From a virus, in IMG/VR virus record IMGVR_UViG_3300033153_016035, positions 1 through 64,000 of that record: DNA of 64,000 nucleotides. One strand, written 5' to 3'. Under the pieces are notes generated by a model. That model ran no database searches. It was not told where the DNA came from and was given only the letters and a program-made list of their open reading frames with translations. Every line of letters starts with the position of its first letter. The stretch's first letter is position 1. Made by a program: the position numbers and the translations under genes. Shown here in pieces: positions 28,172-35,530 of this stretch.

Positions 28172-29050
28172 TTAACTGCCCTTCGTATTTAAAGTAGTAT
28201 GAACATTGGGCACCGCCACTTGGTTTGGTATAGATGTATTTGTTGGCGCTCCGGGCCCCGGGAAATGGTCATGCGTATGGGTGTTGAACAAAAGTAAAAA
28301 CGCTTCGTTACAAAGTTTTTGGGCACTGGCTACTTCACCTAAAATTACACTTGTGGACAGGAGGTGTACCGCCGTCGTCGCTGCCACAGTCGCAAGACCG
28401 GTAATCACCATAGAAAGCCCCGCCATAGCAGAAATAGCCACAGCACCAAGACCTGTCAATATAAGGGCCGTTGCGGCTTTAAGTGTCATGGTGGCGGCAG
28501 TTTCCATTAAAATGTTACCGGTCACCATTTCTACACGCTCTCCCGCGACTACTTGATGGTCATTGCCCGCGATTGAGGCTCTATAATCCCCTAAAAAGTT
28601 TGACTCCGCGACCAGGTCTTTGGGGTTTAAAATAATAGATTGCCCCGCAGCATCTTCTAACTTTATGTAGGGGGCGTTCTCAAGGTCTGACAGTAACACC
28701 TTTTGCCCTCCGGGGGTTTTTATTACAAAAGTTTGAGGACGGCCTGTTGTGTAATCATGCTCATCAATTTTATCACCGGTACCAAACCACCCACCGAGCC
28801 ACACCGGATGGTCCGACTGCTCTTGGTAGAACATTATCCATACGCCGGAACCAATTTCCGGTAGCATAATAAACCCCGAGTTTTTATTTGCCACCGGAGC
28901 GCATGGAAAGGCCCAAGGGAGATCTCCGTCAGGTATCCTATGCTCCGAGTCCTTAGACCCAAAATGGGTCGTTCTAACCCGCAGGCGTCCCTCCCGTAGG
29001 GGGTCACGGTTATCCACTACAATGCCTGGCCACAACCCGCTAAAACTCAT
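28172..29050 (-). CDS. Baseplate central spike (T4 gp5 OB-fold / gpV-like)
   Basis: GIVVDNRDP..EGRLRVR, LPWA.P, P.IGS.VW..F...P..LG and C-terminal HTHDH motifs. Confidence 0.92.
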   Translation of the reverse strand: MSFSGLWPGIVVDNRDPLREGRLRVRTTHFGSKDSEHRIPDGDLPWAFPCAPVANKNSGFIMLPEIGSGVWIMFYQEQSDHPVWLGGWFGTGDKIDEHDYTTGRPQTFVIKTPGGQKVLLSDLENAPYIKLEDAAGQSIILNPKDLVAESNFLGDYRASIAGNDHQVVAGERVEMVTGNILMETAATMTLKAATALILTGLGAVAISAMAGLSMVITGLATVAATTAVHLLSTSVILGEVASAQKLCNEAFLLLFNTHTHDHFPGPGAPTNTSIPNQVAVPNVHTTLNTKGS

Positions 29051-30282
29051 ATGAAAAAATCCTTTAAACGCTGCGCTACCAAAGTCAGTCGATCTGGATC
29101 CACTGGATTTTGAGAGGTGTATTTATCAATAGAGGTCAACCTGGAAAGGTTGGCCCCACCGGCTTTATTAGCTCCGTAATTGAAGGTACGACGAAAGCCG
29201 CCTATCATAGTATTTAAGGGCTCGGATGTCTGCGCACCGCCTGCGCCCTGCACTGGAACTGTTCGGTATGTATGTACAACCTCATAGACGGGGTATTTGC
29301 CATTAAGTACCGAGGTGGTTTTATCTGGATCTATAATCTTCAGGTCGACGATATCTCCAGGTTTTAAAGTCATGTCCCCCGAAAGTGACCCTTGGAATGA
29401 GAAATATCTGGACGTGGTCATAACCCAATGTGCCAGGCCTTCTTCTATTAACGAAGCATTGTCTTGGCCCGAATAGATAAAAAATCTACGGCCACTAGTA
29501 AACGGGCGCGGTAGCCTGCCAGCCAGGTTTGGTATAACCGAGTCCCCTATACTAACCTCCAGAAACCTTTTGTTTTGAATATCAAACCCTTTTAAGACCG
29601 CAGAAGCACCCCCCAAAAAGTCAATCTCCCGCCCATAGGCACGAAACTCCACGCTGTCTAATCTATCATCTGAAGTTCCTATGCCAAATGATCGAACCGC
29701 CGGTTTACTAAATTGCAGCGGCTCCAGACTCAACGTCTTATTGTCAACGTAAAGCCACACCGCACGATGGCCTGAAGGTGATACAATTTCCTGGCAGATA
29801 CGTCGGAGGAAGGTCCAGTCATCCTCACCCAATTGATACCACGTCCCCCTTGTTGTAACATCGGTTTTGGTCTTTAATCCGTATTTATGCGCTATTTCCC
29901 CCAGGATCTCTGCCACATCAGCCCCTATAAAAGAACGCCACCGCGCCACTTCGCGCATCTCCGAAGCAAGTGTACTTCCCCAGACTTTTATGAGTGGCAG
30001 AGATCCGGTGTAAAATAAGGAAGATTTATTTATAGTGACCAATTTCCATCCCGTACTAATTTCTTTTTTATCCCGGGTAAAAGAAAATCTAAGTTCTCGG
30101 GTTCCCGTCTCAAACATAAAATCTTCTTCGTCGTTTAGCTTTTTAGCCTGTAATTCTAATTTCCAGTCCATAGTGCCGGTGAGGAGAGAATCTTTTATCG
30201 TCAAGGCGGTCACCTTCTCCGTCAGATCTAGCGTGGTGGCACCTTGCCTTATCTCAATTTTTGTTGTGGTAACCTTACCCAT
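29047..30282 (-). CDS. Baseplate hub (T4 gp27 / P2 gpD-like)
   Basis: IA.KYGL, Q..EDDW.FL.R and GD..LKPG......NGKY.V.EV.H motifs. Confidence 0.85.
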   Translation of the reverse strand: MGKVTTTKIEIRQGATTLDLTEKVTALTIKDSLLTGTMDWKLELQAKKLNDEEDFMFETGTRELRFSFTRDKKEISTGWKLVTINKSSLFYTGSLPLIKVWGSTLASEMREVARWRSFIGADVAEILGEIAHKYGLKTKTDVTTRGTWYQLGEDDWTFLRRICQEIVSPSGHRAVWLYVDNKTLSLEPLQFSKPAVRSFGIGTSDDRLDSVEFRAYGREIDFLGGASAVLKGFDIQNKRFLEVSIGDSVIPNLAGRLPRPFTSGRRFFIYSGQDNASLIEEGLAHWVMTTSRYFSFQGSLSGDMTLKPGDIVDLKIIDPDKTTSVLNGKYPVYEVVHTYRTVPVQGAGGAQTSEPLNTMIGGFRRTFNYGANKAGGANLSRLTSIDKYTSQNPVDPDRLTLVAQRLKDFFI

Positions 30283-30634
30283 AATTTTCTACCTCAGAGG
30301 TGTCGGACAGTGCGGCTATGATGTTTTCCAGTTTTGGGATCGTGAGTTTTAAACCGGCAACTACTTCGTCCGGTGGATGCCTAATATTATTAACGGTAGC
30401 TATGGCCCAAAACAAACTTCTGTCATCATATTCCTCCGCAGCTAGGAGATCTAGTTGCCCAACTTGGTGCTCTGCAACCGTAATAATCTGTTCGTCACCA
30501 TCCAATTTGATCTCGGGCCTGTTCCAGACACCAAAGAAAGTTTTACCCCCGTCAGTATACAGCGGGTTTTTCTTGAATCGACTAACAAAAGGTAAATAGA
30601 CTTCGACTTTCATTTGAAAAAGCTCCCTATCCAA
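30275..30634 (-). CDS. LysM-like baseplate protein (T4 gp53 / P2 gpX-like)
   Basis: LDLLA.E.Y....FWAIA.VNNI.......G..L.IP motif. Confidence 0.85.
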   Translation of the reverse strand: MDRELFQMKVEVYLPFVSRFKKNPLYTDGGKTFFGVWNRPEIKLDGDEQIITVAEHQVGQLDLLAAEEYDDRSLFWAIATVNNIRHPPDEVVAGLKLTIPKLENIIAALSDTSEVENYG

Positions 30635-31278
30635 CTGTTCCTCAGACGGTTACGAAAAGCCTTTACACCGTCAATTACCGGAGGGGTGCTACGACTTGCC
30701 GCTCCCACAATATCATGATAGTCCGGATAAAACTTTACTATTCTCCGTATAATCAAAGACACCTGGCATTTGTAGGGGCGTGCCGATTCCGGGTGAAACG
30801 GTGGGAGCCAACTAACCGTATAATTGTCGACGACCCCCTCAATGTGGAGGAAACGACCGATGGTAACCAATATCCTGGGAGGTTGTCCTTTTATAATTCC
30901 TGATTTCCTCTCGGCTTGGGTACGCGGTCTTTTAGGTTTTGGAAAACACAACGCCTGCAACCACCGTGCTTTTTTTTCTAGGGCTTGTAGTTCGGCATCT
31001 AAATTGACTGCGGTTTGCCCCGGATTATTATTTTTATTTTCCTCTACCGTCTCTAATTTAAAAAGGCCCGCAACGTAGGTTAACTGAAGGTTAAAGCTGT
31101 CAAAACTACCCTTTAGCCAGTAGGCGGTATTCACTGCGGTGGCCCGACCGCCTCTACTTCTCCATACGGGAGAGTAGCCCTCATCCAAAGAATCAGGAAA
31201 GGATTCAAAGAGTAGCCTTTCTTTAGGATTATCTTTTATGGCTATAGAACATTGTAGGGGTGGTCCCGGTCTTGACAT
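30610..31278 (-). CDS. Tail tube initiator (gp48/gp54-like)
   Basis: PDSL.EGY...W...LQALCFP...PPRILVTIG...GVV..Y.VSW pattern. Follows the tape measure gene. Confidence 0.7.
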   Translation of the reverse strand: MSRPGPPLQCSIAIKDNPKERLLFESFPDSLDEGYSPVWRSRGGRATAVNTAYWLKGSFDSFNLQLTYVAGLFKLETVEENKNNNPGQTAVNLDAELQALEKKARWLQALCFPKPKRPRTQAERKSGIIKGQPPRILVTIGRFLHIEGVVDNYTVSWLPPFHPESARPYKCQVSLIIRRIVKFYPDYHDIVGAASRSTPPVIDGVKAFRNRLRNSWIGSFFK

Positions 31279-33938
31279 TATATAAATCCTAATAAACCAA
31301 AGTCTAAAGCGTGTTGTTGGATGGGCTCTTCCTTCTTTTGCATTTCACCACTTATTTGCCCTAAAAAAGCATTTATGGTTTGAAGGGCTTGAACAATCTC
31401 CCCACCATGTTCCGTTTGTACGGCGGAGGGAAAACTAATTCCCTTAACAGCAGCAAGTATGGAGGCCCCATGCGACGTTTGTACTACAGAGGGGAGTGCG
31501 GTGGTTTCCGGACCTTGTACCTCAATCAGCGACGGGAGCAGTCTTTGTAGTATATCAGATTTAAGTGGGAGGATTGCTTCTGGTCCGGCTTCCCCAACAG
31601 TTGCAAGAGTCTCACCGGTCACAATTCCCCCCTTAGCAAAGCGTACATCTGGCACACTAACTCCCAGAATAGAACCAAGAGTTCCACCAGGTATTGCGGG
31701 CGGATCCCAGCCTAAAATGGCTTTTATCGGCAACAGCATAGCGTTTATCGCAGCTTCTAGGAGCTTTAAGGGTATAGATATGAGGGAGTAAATCCAATCC
31801 CAAGCACCTTTAAGTGCGTGTCCTATTTCCTTTAAACCCAAAAACGCTATAACCCGCATAAAAAAGCTGGAAATAGTGTCCCACAAACCCGCCAGGATGC
31901 CTTCTATTGTACTAATTATCCAGGAAAAGGCATTAAATACCAATTTCGGGAGGTCGGTTATAAAACTCCATAACCTCTTAAAGACGCTTTCTATAGTACT
32001 AATTACCCATGAGAATGCGTCAGCTATAAGTCGTGGGAATGCTGTTATAAAGTTAAAAGCTGTAGAAAATACCGTTACAACTAGAGCAACGGCGGCGGCC
32101 AAGACACTCAGATACCAACTGGCTATTTTTGCACCAAGAATCATAGACTTTATCATGATTGGGCCGAAAAGATATGTCAGGAAAAACCCCATCATTTGTA
32201 CCATTAGTTTGATAATAGGCATAAGAGCCACCGCTAATTCACCTAAAGCTTTTACCATCTCTATAATTGCGGGCACCATCGGTGGCAATAATTGCTTAAC
32301 CAAATCTATAAAAATGCCCACCATCAATCCCAGCACAATCATGTACACTGGAAGAAGCTCCTTTATTACTGTGAATATGGCCTCAATTAAGGGCTTCAAG
32401 GCGGTTACAAGAGTAATTACAACGGGTATAAGCATATCAAAAAGCTTTATGAGCGTAGGCAATAACAACTTTACGAAGTCCATAACCATGTCGACAAGTA
32501 CTTGAAAGAGCTGCATTAGCGATGGGAGCAGTGCTGTTAGTGTTTTACCAATAACCTGACCTATTATTTTACCTACTTTGGCCAGGACGGTCACCAGAGA
32601 AGTAAGCATACCCTTAAAACCACTCCCTTCCGACATGAGCCCCTGAATTATCTTCAAGACATCTTTCAGGACAGAAGCAGACATATTTATAAGAGGCACA
32701 AGTACGGTTTGTATTATGGGTACGAGTTCTATAATAATTTCATTTAAAACATTGGAAATTGGGGTCATGACAGCTATCAGGCTATCTTGAAGAATTTCCC
32801 AGAAATCCCAGAAGTCGCCTAATACATTACTAACTATGGAAACAAGTGCCATAGCCCCGGTAATTTTAAAGGTAAATGAAGTCATCCTTTTTAGGGCCCG
32901 CAGAGCTGTGGAAACGCCGGTTATCTTTCCGAGGAATTTGCCCGCGTTGGTTATATTTGTTTTGAGTTGGGCACCAAAGTTTTTTAAAGCTTTCCAACCA
33001 CCTTCTATTTTTAACTGGACGTCCTTTATGGTTTTTACAATCTTGGTGCCGTAGTCACTCACCTTATCATATGTATCTTTAATGGTCTGCGGGAGTCCCA
33101 GGGCTAAACTGGTGACCTTCATAACACCCGCTTCCGCTGCAAGCCAGGGGCCTTGAAGGGCTTTTGTAAGGGGAGATTGATTTTTAAAGAACTCTGATCG
33201 GATCTGGGCGTAACTATCTCGCAAAATCTTTGGAATCTCCGTTGCCAGTCCCAAAAATCCCTTTTGCTTTACCTCCTCGCCAAAACCCTTGAACGTGTCC
33301 ATGAGTCCTTGCACTTGCGTAGTCGCCCAACCCATAACACTTTCAGTATGTTTTTTTAGGAATTCTGACGAGGAGGTTGCTATACGCTCCACCACTTCCG
33401 TTACTTTTGGATAGGTTCTTTTTATGTCATCTACCAGCTCATTGGTCTTTATCTTGACGGAGTCAAACGCGGGCACAACCGCGTCGTAAAATGTGGTACC
33501 TAGCTGAGTAATCTCTTCCTTACTATCTGTAATAAACCCAGCCGTGACTTTAGATATATCAGAATAGGCACCCCCGAGTGCTTGACCCATCCCCTCAAAT
33601 TGATTTTTAACGGGGTCAAGTACATTTTCAGATAATTTACCAACCACCAAGTCCTTCTGTTTTGTCAGAAAGTCACCGGCGGTATTAGTCCATGATTTTA
33701 AACTAAGGGTAGTATCAGCCAAACCGGCGTCTACAGTCGCTTTGTACGACTGCATTGTGGTGTTAAAGCCTTCGAGTGTATTATTTATACTGGTTTTTAA
33801 ACCATCCAGAGACTTTTGTACACTTTCTGTTATGGCTTTCGCGGCCTGTTCAACACCACCGACTTCTTTTTCAAAGTCTTTTACACCGGCAGTCTTAAAC
33901 TGCATTTGTAGTGTATCTACTGTCGACGTGCCAGCCAA
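31278..33938 (-). CDS. Tape measure protein
   Basis: Long amphipathic repeats, FAKGGIVT..T...GEAGPEAILPL motif, and position after the tail chaperone genes. Confidence 0.9.
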   Translation of the reverse strand: MAGTSTVDTLQMQFKTAGVKDFEKEVGGVEQAAKAITESVQKSLDGLKTSINNTLEGFNTTMQSYKATVDAGLADTTLSLKSWTNTAGDFLTKQKDLVVGKLSENVLDPVKNQFEGMGQALGGAYSDISKVTAGFITDSKEEITQLGTTFYDAVVPAFDSVKIKTNELVDDIKRTYPKVTEVVERIATSSSEFLKKHTESVMGWATTQVQGLMDTFKGFGEEVKQKGFLGLATEIPKILRDSYAQIRSEFFKNQSPLTKALQGPWLAAEAGVMKVTSLALGLPQTIKDTYDKVSDYGTKIVKTIKDVQLKIEGGWKALKNFGAQLKTNITNAGKFLGKITGVSTALRALKRMTSFTFKITGAMALVSIVSNVLGDFWDFWEILQDSLIAVMTPISNVLNEIIIELVPIIQTVLVPLINMSASVLKDVLKIIQGLMSEGSGFKGMLTSLVTVLAKVGKIIGQVIGKTLTALLPSLMQLFQVLVDMVMDFVKLLLPTLIKLFDMLIPVVITLVTALKPLIEAIFTVIKELLPVYMIVLGLMVGIFIDLVKQLLPPMVPAIIEMVKALGELAVALMPIIKLMVQMMGFFLTYLFGPIMIKSMILGAKIASWYLSVLAAAVALVVTVFSTAFNFITAFPRLIADAFSWVISTIESVFKRLWSFITDLPKLVFNAFSWIISTIEGILAGLWDTISSFFMRVIAFLGLKEIGHALKGAWDWIYSLISIPLKLLEAAINAMLLPIKAILGWDPPAIPGGTLGSILGVSVPDVRFAKGGIVTGETLATVGEAGPEAILPLKSDILQRLLPSLIEVQGPETTALPSVVQTSHGASILAAVKGISFPSAVQTEHGGEIVQALQTINAFLGQISGEMQKKEEPIQQHALDFGLLGFI

Positions 33939-33948
33939 TTCACTACCC

Positions 33949-34170
33949 TCATTTCTTTGATCTTAGAGCACCAAGTTTGGACTGCATTTCCTGCTCTAGC
34001 CGCTCATGCTCTTTACGTAAGTTGTCCTGGTGTTTTCTAAACCTCTCGCAGAAATCATGTCTCTGCCAGTGAACCATTTGTCCCCATTCTTGGAACGTAC
34101 GTTTTGCGTACACCATCATATTAAAACGTTGTTCTCTTAGATCATCAAGTTTGGGAACTAAATGAACGAA
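33949..34170 (-). CDS. Tail assembly chaperone C-terminal part (T4 gp51-like), possibly expressed by frameshift
   Basis: The open +1 frame overlaps the end of 34145..34921 and encodes the EQRF.M.......QEW.QM...QR pattern. Confidence 0.55.
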   Translation of the reverse strand, partial: FVHLVPKLDDLREQRFNMMVYAKRTFQEWGQMVHWQRHDFCERFRKHQDNLRKEHERLEQEMQSKLGALRSKK

Positions 34171-34921
34171 AGAAGTCGAGTGGAACCTGGGCTCTAAACA
34201 TGTTTCCGCAGGAGGGACATGAGAACTCAGGTCGTAGATTGAAACCAGTTTCCTTCGCATCTATGTGGTGGCGCATTACATGTAAATCCCGGGCAATGCA
34301 TTTTCTAACCCAGCGCATTCTGTCCAAATCAGACATATTAGAATTGCCGTCTATGCTGTGGATATGTGAAGCCAATGTGAATGTGTAAGTGGGATCGCCC
34401 ATTTTCATCTGTGCCTGCTTACGTTTGGCCTGCGCGGAGTACTCCTCAATCCTTTGGAGATCCCTAAGGCGTAGCAGTCTAAACTCCACACGCTGTTTAC
34501 AAAGAGGCAGTTCTTCGATCACAAAAGGCTCTTTATACCCCTCCTCCCCTTCCTCAAAACTGTCTGCGGTGACGCATTCCAATTGGGATAAGTTCTTTGT
34601 TTCTTGAAGTACAAAGGAACACGCCGGGCATGGTGGAGTTAAAGTGAGGTCTGGAGAATATGAGGCGGCCATAATATTAAAAGTTATCGCCACCCAATCC
34701 GATACCAATAGTTCGGGGAAGGGAAACCCCTCGGGCAGTACTGAGAGCTGTTTGGTTACTTCCCGGAGCATGATGGCGGCATTTACCCCCTGTCCTGCTC
34801 CGGCAAGAAGCTCTTCTTGCTCCCCCCGGATAGGGGTTATTTGAATATCCCCATTGGGAATAGGGACTTTGTACAGTCTACCTAAAGACGGTAAACGACA
34901 AGGAATTGTAATCTCTGGCAT
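34145..34921 (-). CDS. Tail/baseplate hub assembly chaperone (T4 gp26-like)
   Basis: LPS.G.LY, two CxxC pairs, C-terminal DFFR. Lies between tube and tape measure genes. Confidence 0.8.
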   Translation of the reverse strand: MPEITIPCRLPSLGRLYKVPIPNGDIQITPIRGEQEELLAGAGQGVNAAIMLREVTKQLSVLPEGFPFPELLVSDWVAITFNIMAASYSPDLTLTPPCPACSFVLQETKNLSQLECVTADSFEEGEEGYKEPFVIEELPLCKQRVEFRLLRLRDLQRIEEYSAQAKRKQAQMKMGDPTYTFTLASHIHSIDGNSNMSDLDRMRWVRKCIARDLHVMRHHIDAKETGFNLRPEFSCPSCGNMFRAQVPLDFFRSFSSQT

Positions 34922-34950
34922 AGTTTAACACCTTCCATATTTACACCTGT

Positions 34951-35514
34951 TTATAAAATAAGCCGTGCGGCCGACAAAGACCCTAGGGATTCGTCTTCAA
35001 TAGTGTCACAAGAAAAGCCTATCGACATGTCAATAAAACCGCCACTACCGAAATCTATCGGTGGAATAGATGGATCTTCGGTTGGCCATAGCCCCGTCAA
35101 AAAGTACGTGGCGCGGGTTACCCCGTCCTGACCAAAAAGCACCATATGTGCATCAGCCTTTATTTGACTTGCTAGATGACTTAAACCGGTTCTTTCGTCA
35201 AAGACCAGATCAAACCATTGGTGCAGTATTTCACGCTGCCGCCCGTTGATGTAGTCCTGAAAGACACACGTAAGATCGTCGGTGGGGGATACCTGCGTTG
35301 GGTGGTTGATTGCACCATTTAGATATCTAATTGTGTCTTTCCCCATTGTCCGGCCTTTCGGCATTGTAAAGCTTTTTAAACCTAGCATTAAAATGTCACG
35401 ACCACCAGGAACTAACTCCTCTATATGGAATTCAATCATTCCGCAGTGTGATAACTGCGGATCCAGATTTGCCCTGGAAAGCCTTGAGGCTGTGAAATCG
35501 TAAGGAAGTACCAT
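34951..35514 (-). CDS. Tail tube protein (T4 gp19-like)
   Basis: Follows the sheath gene; QWFDLV.D..TG, L.GLWP and F.CD pattern. Confidence 0.85.
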   Translation of the reverse strand: MVLPYDFTASRLSRANLDPQLSHCGMIEFHIEELVPGGRDILMLGLKSFTMPKGRTMGKDTIRYLNGAINHPTQVSPTDDLTCVFQDYINGRQREILHQWFDLVFDERTGLSHLASQIKADAHMVLFGQDGVTRATYFLTGLWPTEDPSIPPIDFGSGGFIDMSIGFSCDTIEDESLGSLSAARLIL

Positions 35515-35530
35515 TTTAAACTCCTGTGTT

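Noticed and set aside
31459-33054. Plus-strand ORFs up to 209 aa opposite the tape measure gene, and similar ORFs opposite the MCP, protease and 1886-aa genes
   Set aside because: These are antisense shadows of biased or low-complexity coding sequence, with no recognisable motifs.
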